Below are positions 1 through 8,789 of a stretch of DNA of 64,000 nt, piece after piece. How positions within the stretch are numbered: the first letter of the stretch is position 1; every line of letters begins with the position of its first letter. Position numbers and translations under genes: made by a program. This DNA is from a virus (Duplodnaviria; Heunggongvirae; Uroviricota; Caudoviricetes; Demerecviridae): positions 3,086 through 67,085 of the IMG/VR virus record IMGVR_UViG_2974606035_000001; one strand, written 5' to 3'. The notes below the pieces were generated by a model, which worked only from the letters and a program-made list of their open reading frames with translations, was not told the origin of the DNA and ran no database searches.

Positions 1-1143
1 TCCATTGACTCCAGCACGCGCCCCGTGTCGATAAGATCATCCAGAACTTTATCACGTCCGGCTGCATACTGTTTCGCTAGAAATACACCAGAAGCGCGGT
101 TGTGATGGTTGCGCGATGTAAAATCATGCACGTCATGCACAAACTGATATTTTGGTTTAAGAATATCAAGCAAGCTATTTTCTCCGGCCCATGACGCAAC
201 GGCACAATCATCATCTAATTTTTCAGCGTGCACGTCGCCATACTGCAAGCCTAAAACGTGCCCCGATGTTTCATAACATCCTGCGGGGGTCGCGCAAATA
301 TTCAAATCATAAAACATTCCGCTTTCGTCCATCGTTTCAAGCTGGCGAACAAAAAATTCACCGTCTTCGTCGAACTCAACAATCAGCGCGCCGTAATTAT
401 GCAGCGCCTCAGCTTTTTGCCCTGCTTTCTGCTGAATGTAGTTTTTGAGCGTTGCCGTTCCGGTTGAATACATGCGGCGTACTACTTCACCTTTGAGAGC
501 TGGGACGCTTTCGGCGGTGATTTTAGCGTGACCAATTGCCAGACCTTCAATATTTAAAGCCGTTGCGGTTTCTGCGAATCCAGAAAGCGGATAATCTGCC
601 GTTGGTAGCACGTTAATCTCTGCCATGAAAGCGAAACGGCGGTTATTTAAAAACACGTTTTTGCCGCAGATATATTTGTCAAATGCGGAATCATATTTTA
701 CACCGTCTGCGCCTTCCCCATTCTGGAAGCCGTTTTTATTATAAATATACTTAGAAACGAGCAAATCAGCGCCACAATATTTAGCATATTGTTCAAGTGA
801 GGCCAAAAAGTTTTTATGCGGGAAAGTATTATTCTGAATCGATGTAATAATAAAGCGTTTGCCTTGTTTTACTTCCCACTGTTCCACAGTGCTAGAAACA
901 ACCCCAGCCGCTTCCGGGCGCTCGTCGTTTTTAATGGCTTTTGCTACTTTTGCCGCTTTCGGCTTAGCTGGTTTGTTTGCTTCTAACCAATCGCAGATAG
1001 CGGTGGAGTGTTTTGTAGTATCGTATACCGCTTTCGAAATATCGTCACAAACTTCCAGTTTAGTGGCGCGCAGACGTTTACCATAGAAATTAAAGTCAGC
1101 GGCCATTTTCAGGATAACGGTTTGTTTTTCTGCGGAAATAATC
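1..1143 (-). CDS. A1: Pre-early protein, C-terminal part of product has calcineurin-like metallophosphoesterase motifs (GDVH, DDD, NHH); 5' part of gene (start 1143), extends past window start; T5 A1-like
   Basis: Manual translation of minus strand from ATG at 1141-1143 (RBS GGAG upstream) stays open to position 1; no minus-strand stop-bounded ORFs in track; metallophosphatase motifs seen. Confidence 0.5.
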
Positions 1144-1235
1144 ATAGTAATAAAACTCCATTAAAGGGATAAGGTTAATAACGGCAATATTGCCAAATAT
1201 AACGCCTTGAACAATAGGCGTTATAATTTGCAACA

Positions 1236-1481
1236 TTAATTTAAGGGCATCAGGCTAGAACTAACACCACAAGCAACGGCGGCAATAAAACAAATCAGAC
1301 CTAACCGCTTTGCTAACTTAGATTTGCGCTTAAAATAATATGAATCTAAATCATTTTGAAAATAAGCGAACAATAATGAGGCCGCCATAATAAATAAGCC
1401 TAGAATTAAGGATTCAGTAGGGTAAAAGATCATTTTAATAACTCCAGTTAAAGGGCAATTATAGTGGGGAATAATCCCCAC
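1236..1481 (-). CDS. small membrane protein (81 aa)
   Basis: ORF track; hydrophobic segments; RBS-like GGGGA upstream. Confidence 0.4.
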   Translation of the reverse strand: MGIIPHYNCPLTGVIKMIFYPTESLILGLFIMAASLLFAYFQNDLDSYYFKRKSKLAKRLGLICFIAAVACGVSSSLMPLN

Positions 1482-1490
1482 TATTTAAAT

Positions 1491-1898
1491 TTATTCACCT
1501 GCGGCCTGTTTTACCTCATCGGCAACGCCTAACAATTGCGCCACGGCGTCCAGCGTTTCCAATTTTGCGCTTTCAAGGCTTGCCAGATCATCGGCGTCTT
1601 TAATAATGCCGGAATCGATGGCATGTTTTGCAATTACTCGCACGTAATGAGCTTTGCGGATTGAGCTGCCGCCGCCAACCTTGCGAGGCTTATCGCTTTT
1701 TTGATATGCTTTCGCGCTGGTCAATTTTGAGCGAACTGACACGGGAGAAGCCGCGCCCACTGCCTTTGCGATCTCTTTCAGGCCGTCGCTATTTGCGAAA
1801 TCTAAACCGTTTTCATTGATTAGTTGCTGATACATGGTAACAGCCTTCTGGGTGTTTTCTTCGTTCCAAGAAAATTTTGCGGTTTTTGCGTTAGTCAT
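1491..1898 (-). CDS. 135-aa pre-early protein, size and position consistent with T5 A2-like DNA-binding protein
   Basis: ORF track; immediately upstream of A1-like gene on same strand; 14.8 kDa. Confidence 0.4.
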   Translation of the reverse strand: MTNAKTAKFSWNEENTQKAVTMYQQLINENGLDFANSDGLKEIAKAVGAASPVSVRSKLTSAKAYQKSDKPRKVGGGSSIRKAHYVRVIAKHAIDSGIIKDADDLASLESAKLETLDAVAQLLGVADEVKQAAGE

Positions 1899-1999
1899 GG
1901 TAAAAACTCCTATTAGTTTAATTTAAGGGATTTAATGATTAACTTAATGTTAATCGTTATATGCCCCGAACTACTAGGGCATATAAAGTTAACACTAAA

Positions 2000-2251
2000 T
2001 TACATTACAGCTTCCCATTTTTCGTTGCGTTGAACAACCTTTACAACATCGCCTGATTTAACGCGAACGCTATAAATAGTTTTTCCGTTGTTACTGCGTT
2101 CTGTTTCAGCGTATACCGCGTCGATTGTATCGAACGGCATGAGCGCCGCGCCTTTAATACGTTCGGCTTTTCCGGTTAATTCATCCGTTTTAGTAACGAA
2201 AGGAATAAAAACGGATTGACCAACTTTCGGCGCAGTAATAACGTTTTTCAT
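2000..2251 (-). CDS. hypothetical protein (83 aa)
   Basis: ORF track; GGAG RBS upstream. Confidence 0.45.
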   Translation of the reverse strand: MKNVITAPKVGQSVFIPFVTKTDELTGKAERIKGAALMPFDTIDAVYAETERSNNGKTIYSVRVKSGDVVKVVQRNEKWEAVM

Positions 2252-2481
2252 AGTATAAACTCCAAGTTATTTGATGGATTGTTCCGCATTACCTGCTAGA
2301 AAATAACAGGTAATAAGAAAAAATCCGCTCGCCATTATAAAATCAATTTAAGGAACTCCACGCGGGCCGCTATATCCCAGTTAGGGGGCGGGGCACATTA
2401 TGGCAAGTACCGGCCGTCAAATTGTATCAAGTTATCGCTCTTATCGAACTGGGTACATCTTAAAGCCTATCGGCTAGGTTG

Positions 2482-2685
2482 TCAAACTATTTTTTGCAGT
2501 TTTTTATGATTTTCCTTCAGGTCAATCATAATATTTCGCCAGATCATTTCTAAACCTTGCTGGCGCCCTTTCTTGTACTGCGTGAATCTATATTTTACCG
2601 ATCTTTGCGCTACTGTCAATAAATTTTTTGTTTCGCTATCCAGTGCCTTGCTAGGTTTGCCAGTGATCAATAAAGTTTGTTTCAT
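2482..2685 (-). CDS. hypothetical basic protein (67 aa)
   Basis: ORF track; AAGGA RBS. Confidence 0.4.
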   Translation of the reverse strand: MKQTLLITGKPSKALDSETKNLLTVAQRSVKYRFTQYKKGRQQGLEMIWRNIMIDLKENHKKLQKIV

Positions 2686-3142
2686 ATCGTCGATTCCTTA
2701 TAATGAATAAGTTTACCGCCGATAGGCTTTAAGATATACCCAATTTTTAAAGAGCGCGGCGGTAAACTTTCCGCCGTGTAGTTCGTCATTGCCGCCCTAC
2801 GAGATAAATAATAACAAACAACGAAAAAGGCGCAACCTTATATTTGTAAAGAAATGTAAAGACAAACGCCACCGGACACCGTGCGGCGACCTGGGCGCAG
2901 CGCGTTAAAATTAAAAGAAACGGGCGCGCGAATACCACAAAACATAGCAGATAAGCAAGTAATTTTTTCATTTATATTTGCTTTGCCCTACTTGACAAAA
3001 TCCAAAAAGCTCGTGGCAGCGATAAACGACGTGGCCCCTTATGATTGGATGGCCAAAAACTTTATTGCGTTCTGGGGCGTTTTAGGCGCATTCTAGCCTT
3101 GTTGATAACTTATCCCCAAAAGCAAAAATGAAATTTTCCTAG

Positions 3143-3175
3143 TTATCCACTTGACTTTTATTTTCCAGTGGATAA
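3143..3175. promoter_or_regulatory. inverted pair of DnaA boxes (TTATCCAC ... GTGGATAA, 18-bp spacer)
   Basis: exact 8/9-mer match to DnaA box consensus TTATCCACA in both orientations. Confidence 0.5.
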
Positions 3176-3231
3176 CTACTTATTTTATAAAATAAATTAA
3201 TTGACTTTTATTTGTTAGTATGCATCGGAAA

Positions 3232-3312
3232 GATAGCAGACTATTAATCACTAGGATGATAATCATGCTGGTGGATTGTAACGACCTGAATTATTAGCAG
3301 ACTATTAATCAC
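3232..3312. repeat. two direct copies of AGCAGACTATTAATCAC
   Basis: seen directly at 3232-3248 and 3296-3312. Confidence 0.6.
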
Positions 3313-3387
3313 AGAAAAACTCATTAGCCAACTAACTATTTCATGATATATAATATACATATAAATTAATGAGAAATAATAATTATA

Positions 3388-3482
3388 TGAAATCATCACC
3401 AGTATAATAATAACTATAAGAAATCATCACCAGTATAATAATAACTATATGAAATCATCACCATTATAATAATAACAATAAG
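3388..3482. repeat. three tandem copies of ~32-bp unit (TAAGAAATCATCACCAGTATAATAATAACTA)
   Basis: direct reading; near-identical copies. Confidence 0.7.
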
Positions 3483-3519
3483 AAACTATCGGCATAAGTG
3501 AGAACCACTATCATTTAAG

Positions 3520-3540
3520 TTATCCACAACGTTATCCACA
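3520..3540 (+). promoter_or_regulatory. two direct DnaA boxes TTATCCACA separated by 3 bp
   Basis: exact consensus 9-mers at 3520-3528 and 3532-3540. Confidence 0.55.
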
Positions 3541-3590
3541 GCACAAAATAATTTGACACGATAGGCGGCGATATAAGGACTTTTACACAG

Positions 3591-3628
3591 GCTTATCCAC
3601 AGGTTATCCTACTGTATAAATATACAGG
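3591..3628. repeat. left arm of long inverted repeat: DnaA box + degenerate DnaA box + LexA-type box CTGTATAAATATACAG
   Basis: reverse complement recurs at 5341-5381; CTGT-N8-ACAG with AT-rich core. Confidence 0.6.
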
Positions 3629-3780
3629 GTAGAAAGGCAGTGTTAACAACTGCAATCAATTTTATGCGGCCTAAAACGCTTTCTAACGAGCTAAATGCGG
3701 TGGGGTAATATTAAAGTAAAGCCTTCACCCGTCGCCCTGGTGGCTTCGCCGTGTTTTGCTATTTTGTAAAGTTTTGTAAA

Positions 3781-3815
3781 GGCCGCCTTTTATGGTGGCC
3801 TTTTTTGTTATAATG
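3781..3815 (+). terminator. rho-independent terminator (AGGCCGCC-loop-GGTGGCCT + T6)
   Basis: 8-bp GC stem followed by TTTTTT on plus strand. Confidence 0.6.
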
Positions 3816-3870
3816 CCTTTACACCGTTTGAGGACGGTTGAAAATTTTCCCAAAAATTTGGAGGCTTAAA

Positions 3871-4101
3871 ATGGTTGCTTATTCTTCTTCTGATGCTCTT
3901 TTCACTGGTAAAGGCTGGGTATCAAATCGCTGGATTATTCAAGAAATGGTGCAAGAATACGGCATTGCTAAAACTTATAATACCATTCAGGCGCTTTATG
4001 ATAATGATCAGATTGATCAGCAAACGGCGGGCTTTTTGCTGGATACCCTGAAGGCGGAACACTGCACCAAAAAGCAAGCTGCAAAAATTATTTTAATGTA
4101 A
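3871..4101 (+). CDS. hypothetical protein (77 aa from internal ATG with GGAGG RBS)
   Basis: ORF track 3838-4101; RBS GGAGG 7 nt before ATG 3871. Confidence 0.45.
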   Translation: MVAYSSSDALFTGKGWVSNRWIIQEMVQEYGIAKTYNTIQALYDNDQIDQQTAGFLLDTLKAEHCTKKQAAKIILM

Positions 4102-4150
4102 GTAATAACGGGGGATATAATATCCCCCACTAACTAGGGGAGTATTACTA

Positions 4151-4333
4151 ATGGTTATTTTTCGAGCTATTTTGGCGGGTATCTTGGGTGCTATTTTAAC
4201 CCTTTTTGCTACCGCTTACGGTATTCAGGATTCCTATTGCGGTTTAGCAAACACAAAACCTATGGTTACTATTGGCGCGGGTATCGCTGTATTTTCTTAT
4301 CTGCTGGGCTGCATGAATAGTAAAGGAGAATAA
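4151..4333 (+). CDS. small membrane protein (60 aa)
   Basis: ORF track; hydrophobic. Confidence 0.4.
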   Translation: MVIFRAILAGILGAILTLFATAYGIQDSYCGLANTKPMVTIGAGIAVFSYLLGCMNSKGE

Positions 4334-4336
4334 AAA

Positions 4337-4549
4337 ATGATCCGCAACGTTTCGCTTGCACGTTCGAAAGGTTTTAAGCTGGTGGATGCTAACACGTTCG
4401 AGCGTCCTGATTGTAAAATCGAATATGTAGCACGTAACAAAAACGCTTTTCGTGTTACCGAGAAAAAATTTGATAAGCGCGGCAACGTGATCACTGAAAC
4501 GGTTAAATATTTTGCCACCTTTTACGCTGCATTTCGTGGGGTACTATGA
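4337..4549 (+). CDS. hypothetical protein (70 aa)
   Basis: ORF track; AAGGAG RBS. Confidence 0.45.
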   Translation: MIRNVSLARSKGFKLVDANTFERPDCKIEYVARNKNAFRVTEKKFDKRGNVITETVKYFATFYAAFRGVL

Positions 4550-4672
4550 AAAGCGTTATTGTTGTTCTCCTTGCAATGGCTGGCGGTTTTATCGCCACCT
4601 TATTTAAGAATGATCCCGTTTCGTTGGGTATCTTTATGCTTTTATCGGGCTATCTGATCGGGAGGTTGTCAA

Positions 4673-5017
4673 ATGGTTATTTATGAGGGCAATCGCTTTG
4701 TTGCTAATTGCCGCCCGGCATTGTTAGCAAACTATTTGAATCAGCTTTCACCAGCTTATAAGGGCGTTATTAATATTTACGAGGGTAAGGCACATTATAA
4801 AATTAATGCGGTCGTTGCCCGTGAACTAGCATTTCAATTTTTGACCTTTGCATCTTGTGATATTCAGGTCATGGGTGAAGCATTAATTGCAGAAAATGAA
4901 GAGGATTTTATTAATATTTTCCGCAAGGTATGCACTGAGCGCCTGATAATGAAAGGCGCGTATATTCAATCCACCGCTGATAGTATTGAAACAGCGTTTC
5001 GAAAGGTGGCGCAATGA
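4673..5017 (+). CDS. hypothetical protein (114 aa)
   Basis: ORF track; GGGAGG RBS. Confidence 0.5.
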   Translation: MVIYEGNRFVANCRPALLANYLNQLSPAYKGVINIYEGKAHYKINAVVARELAFQFLTFASCDIQVMGEALIAENEEDFINIFRKVCTERLIMKGAYIQSTADSIETAFRKVAQ

Positions 5018-5157
5018 GATTATATATTTTCGTTGGTAATGTTGAGGCAGCTAATGATTCCGCTGGTGGCGATAACGTTCGCCGCTATTGGCAGAAATAT
5101 ATTTACTAGGAGTAATAATCACGGGGCGCAACTATAGGGAAGTGCCCCCCCCCAATT

Positions 5158-5182
5158 CTCAAATGAGAATCATTCTCATTTG
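5158..5182. repeat. perfect palindrome AATGAGAATCATTCTCATT
   Basis: seen directly. Confidence 0.6.
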
Positions 5183-5340
5183 ACCGCGCCCGCGATGGTT
5201 AGCCTGCTAATGGTTAGGGTGTTACGTGTCGCCTTGTGTGATCGTTAGCTCGCTAACTAATTTTCAAGCCTCCTCCAATTTTGCCCTTGTTTTAGTCTAG
5301 GACGTTTTAACGCTATATTAGAACTATTCACTGCGTAGGA

Positions 5341-5381
5341 ATACTGTATAAATATACAGTAGGATAAGCTGTGGATAAGTC
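5341..5381. repeat. right arm of long inverted repeat: LexA-type box TACTGTATAAATATACAGTA + DnaA boxes (GGATAAG, TGTGGATAAG)
   Basis: reverse complement of 3591-3628. Confidence 0.6.
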
Positions 5382-5442
5382 TGTTAATAACGCCTCAAAA
5401 TGGCTAGGATTCTGTCAAGTCAAATCGTGCTGTTAATAAGTC

Positions 5443-5452
5443 TGTGGATAAC
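5443..5452 (-). promoter_or_regulatory. DnaA box (TGTGGATAAC)
   Basis: consensus match. Confidence 0.45.
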
Positions 5453-5479
5453 TTAAATAACAGTGTTTCTCACTTCCGT

Positions 5480-5690
5480 TCTTAAATGCGAATTATTATC
5501 ATTTGTATTCCCCTATCTAACTAATAATCATTTCACTTCCTGAATAATTTTCATTCCACTTTTTAAATAAGAATCATTCCACTTTTTAAATGATAATGAT
5601 TCTCATTTCACTTTCTAAATGCGAATCATTATCATTCTCATTCCGCTTTTTAAATGAGAATGATTCTTATTATCATTCGTATTTAGCGCA
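5480..5690. repeat. about 5 direct copies of ~20-bp unit TTTAAATG(N)GAATCATT..TCAT
   Basis: read directly: cttaaatgcgaattattatcat / tttaaataagaatcattcc / tttaaatgataatgattctcat / tctaaatgcgaatcattatcat / tttaaatgagaatgattcttat. Confidence 0.6.
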
Positions 5691-5718
5691 GGGCAATTGC
5701 CCTGCGCTTTTGTGCAAA
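5690..5718 (+). terminator. 22-bp perfect palindrome GCGCAGGGCAATTGCCCTGCGC followed by TTTTGTG
   Basis: hairpin + T-run on plus strand. Confidence 0.5.
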
Positions 5719-6447
5719 TCCGACATTGCTCCACGGGTGTTACGCGTGGGCGTGTATGTGCAAATCCGACAATTTTTGGTAGTGTGCAAATCCGACCCGA
5801 AAAATTTTTATAGTGTGCAAATCCGACAATGAATTTTCCCAAAAACTCCAGCAATCCGATGCTGCGCATCAATCCTGTGGAATTAGCTAGAATATGTGCA
5901 GATCCGACATGGGTTTATTTGTGCGAATCCTACAAGATTTTTGTGACTTCGATTGGAGGGTGTGTGATTGTGTGAGTTTGGGGAGAAGTTGAGAGATCGA
6001 GAGAAATTTGAGGGAACTGCGAGAGGGCCGCATGTTTGGTGCGGAGCACCTGATTTGCGGGGATTTTGGGGAAGAGTTGAGAAGATTTGGGTTAATTTGA
6101 GATAAGTGCAGATAAAGTAAAATTTTATTAGCTAAATAGGGCAAAATAGCTTGACAAGCGAAAATTCTTGTGGCTCTAAAAACTCAGGCAATCATGGGCC
6201 TTCGGCCCGAAATAATGCTGCCATTTTCAGGAGATTATATGCCCATGAAAACTTAGGCAATTGTGCAAATCCGACCAGTTTTTAAATTTATGTCAGTGTG
6301 CAAATCCGACAGTAATTTCTGGAAATGTGTTTTGGAAAAATGTCTCCTAGAAATAACCGCCCTCCCCATAACCGCCCTGTATAGGAAAACCGGCCTAGGA
6401 TATTTATAGCAGGAGAGAAACTGCCCTAGAACATGTGCAAATCCGAT
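5711..6447. repeat. array of ~9 dispersed direct copies of TGTGCAAATCCGAC(A/C) motif (5711, 5756, 5783, 5813, 5895, 5920 degenerate, 6262, 6297, 6434)
   Basis: seen directly; irregular spacing 25-340 bp; an extra copy lies inside CDS at 9046-9060. Confidence 0.7.
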
Positions 6448-6857
6448 TTAAAGTTTAGTGTAAACTCTAGAGTTAGTGTTCAACTATTCCTAGAAACTTA
6501 GGAGTCTAGAAGAAAGTGTTGTGCCATCCTAGCAGAAGAGCGGCAACCGGTGTATCATCTTGAACACAGATATTGCCTTTAAATATTTTTTAGTTATTTA
6601 AAAGTAAATATACCCCCCATTTCATGAGAGTTAGCCCCTCTAGGCGCGTGCGATTTGATACATCCTCCTAAGTCTCGGTGTGGAAGAACAATTGACGAGA
6701 ACCTGCGAACAGAACCGTCATCAAGTGTTTTCCTACGAGGAATGATGTAAATCTACGGCCTAGAGGTAAAAACAAGTTGATGTTTTTAATCTATGAGATT
6801 ATTATAACACATTATTCTCACGAATGTCAAGCAGATTTCGTTATTTTTAAATTTTCG

Positions 6858-7586
6858 TCATGAGTTTGGAGTTGGGTAAATTTTTATGCAACCTTGACTT
6901 AATAGATATTCTTCTGCCTCTATAGCTTTAATGTTGAATATCTCTTTTGCTCCATCGAATTTATAATGATTAGCAAATTTATTTTCAAAAAATTTATGTG
7001 CTTGGTGTTCTATTTTGTAGGCAAGTTCTTTCGATCCTTTCTTATATTGGTAGATACCAAATACCTCCATATCTTCGAAACCCGGCACACGCAGTTTATC
7101 ATACTCTAGATTCTTAAACCTTTGATGTGGCTCTCTAGAGACCCCAATCTTTGTCTTTAATTTTTTCCTAGACTGATCTTTATTAGAGAAGATATAGAGA
7201 TATGTGGGAAATTGAACATCTTCTTCTGCTTCCGGTTTCTCGATAGGTGTATTGAGATTGCTTTCTCTAGCACATTGTAAACAACCGTGCCCATCTAGGT
7301 GAGATCTAGCAGTTTGCATAAAGTATCCTTTATGCTTATAGCACCATATCTCTACTAACTGATTGGCTGTCTTATAATTAACTTTTTCATATCCATACTC
7401 TTCTTTCTGGACTTTTAAAGCTTTCCTAATAAAGATAAGGTTTAAGGCCTCTTGTTGGAAGTCGGGGTGAAGTTGCCTAATCTTCGTTATATTAGTAGAG
7501 CCATTTGACTTCAAAAAGTTTTTAAGAGGAAACCTCCGGGCTTCCTCGCGTAGCTTTTTATTAATTTCAGCACGTAAATCATCCAT
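6858..7586 (-). CDS. T5orf172/GIY-YIG-like domain protein (242 aa); C-terminal FDGAKEIFNI matches the T5orf172 protein at 47367-48230
   Basis: ORF track; YLYIF..KIGVS..R..E..FDGA.E.FNI motif; CxxC pair. Confidence 0.5.
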   Translation of the reverse strand: MDDLRAEINKKLREEARRFPLKNFLKSNGSTNITKIRQLHPDFQQEALNLIFIRKALKVQKEEYGYEKVNYKTANQLVEIWCYKHKGYFMQTARSHLDGHGCLQCARESNLNTPIEKPEAEEDVQFPTYLYIFSNKDQSRKKLKTKIGVSREPHQRFKNLEYDKLRVPGFEDMEVFGIYQYKKGSKELAYKIEHQAHKFFENKFANHYKFDGAKEIFNIKAIEAEEYLLSQGCIKIYPTPNS

Positions 7587-8304
7587 CTTTATTAACCTTT
7601 AGAATAACCCCTTTTGATGCCATGAAAAGGAATGTTGCTAAATAAGATGACTCGGAATTTAGAGCAGAATAATCCACACTTCCTCTAGGTCTGATGTCTT
7701 GTTTAGTATCAAGAATTGTTGATATATCAAATTTAACAGACTTTGCAACTTTTCTAGCTTGTTCAGGATCACGTAAAATTTCAAAGTGTGCAGCATCTAG
7801 AATAGGATTAGATGTTGTTGAGTCATCAACTATACTTAGATGAACCTGCGCAAGCGTAGATACGATTCCTAGCTTTAACTCAGATAGAGAAGAATAAGGT
7901 GGTTCTACTTTCTTTGTAAGTCTAGGAAGATGATCGTATTTACATTGCTTTTGAGGAATCATCAGAATATTTGGATAACATTCTAAACATGACTTTGCAT
8001 TTCCTTCTTTAAAATACGGGAGTTCTTTATCTGCAAATACATGGAATGAATCCGCTGAGAATCCTTTAATAGTAGGATCAACAGTTTGGATTAGACGACG
8101 TAAACTAATATAAGAAGGTGCTAGAGTAACTTCTTCTGCATCTTTATTATATTTAGGTTGCCCACTAGCATTAATGTACGCAGGATAGAACTCGGCACAA
8201 AATGCCACTGCATGTGCCTCTAGTTCATTAAGCTGAGAAACACATTTTCCATTACAAGCTCTAGCTAACTTAATAATCTCTGCTAAATTCTTTTTAATAC
8301 TCAT
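7579..8304 (-). CDS. hypothetical protein (241 aa)
   Basis: ORF track; 8-nt overlap with downstream gene. Confidence 0.5.
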   Translation of the reverse strand: MSIKKNLAEIIKLARACNGKCVSQLNELEAHAVAFCAEFYPAYINASGQPKYNKDAEEVTLAPSYISLRRLIQTVDPTIKGFSADSFHVFADKELPYFKEGNAKSCLECYPNILMIPQKQCKYDHLPRLTKKVEPPYSSLSELKLGIVSTLAQVHLSIVDDSTTSNPILDAAHFEILRDPEQARKVAKSVKFDISTILDTKQDIRPRGSVDYSALNSESSYLATFLFMASKGVILKVNKDG

Positions 8305-8789
8305 ATATCATCCGCCTGTCCACTAGCTGTTGCTGCTAATCTTCTTTCACGTTTCAAGATACCATTAATAATATCTTTTGCATCAGATTTATTTTTGGCT
8401 GTTTTCTTTATTAGATCAAATAAGACTCTCGGATTAGGAACCTCAAACTCTTCCTCTCCCAGACATATAGTATATTCTTTCAAATGTAATTGAGTATATT
8501 TAGTAAGTGGGAAAGACTCTAGTATTCCCGTACTATCAACAGGAATATGTTCTTTCATAGGAACCACTGCACATTTCTGTTCTTTTAAGAAATTTAGGAA
8601 TCCAATAGTTTGGACATCTTCTGAATCATAAGAAACTTTTCTGATAGCTTCAATAAGAGTAATAGCTTCAGAAGTTAGTACAGTTAGATAACGCCGTACA
8701 TTAGAACCATCAGTTATTTGTAGAAAGTAAACCGACGAGTCCTCCGTCGGTTCAAACAGTATATTAGCGAATTTAAATGCTTCTCTCAT
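8301..8789 (-). CDS. hypothetical protein (162 aa)
   Basis: ORF track; ATGA overlap. Confidence 0.5.
   Translation of the reverse strand: MREAFKFANILFEPTEDSSVYFLQITDGSNVRRYLTVLTSEAITLIEAIRKVSYDSEDVQTIGFLNFLKEQKCAVVPMKEHIPVDSTGILESFPLTKYTQLHLKEYTICLGEEEFEVPNPRVLFDLIKKTAKNKSDAKDIINGILKRERRLAATASGQADDI

Noticed and set aside
191-1086. Plus-strand ORFs 191-448, 258-467, 859-1086
   Set aside because: These are antisense to the long open minus-strand A1-like frame. They are Arg-rich, which is typical of spurious frames.
2786-3096. Overlapping small ORFs 2786-2971(-) and 2881-3096(+)
   Set aside because: They are mutually exclusive and neither has a convincing RBS. The region is probably regulatory DNA between pre-early genes and the repeat locus.
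3609-3628. Concern that the LexA-like box is only a chance AT palindrome
   Set aside because: The finding is retained, not rejected. CTGT and ACAG are at exactly the 8-nt spacing and the element is duplicated in both IR arms, but binding is unproven.
5590-6144. ORF-track entries 5590-5832(+), 5615-5872(-), 5887-6144(-)
   Set aside because: They lie wholly inside the repeat arrays. They have no RBS, low-complexity or Cys-poor random composition, and overlap each other on both strands.
5711-6447. Possible CRISPR array (short direct repeats)
   Set aside because: The repeats are only 14-15 nt. Spacers are irregular (25-340 bp). Copies are degenerate. No cas genes or leader are present. The pattern fits protein-binding sites rather than CRISPR.
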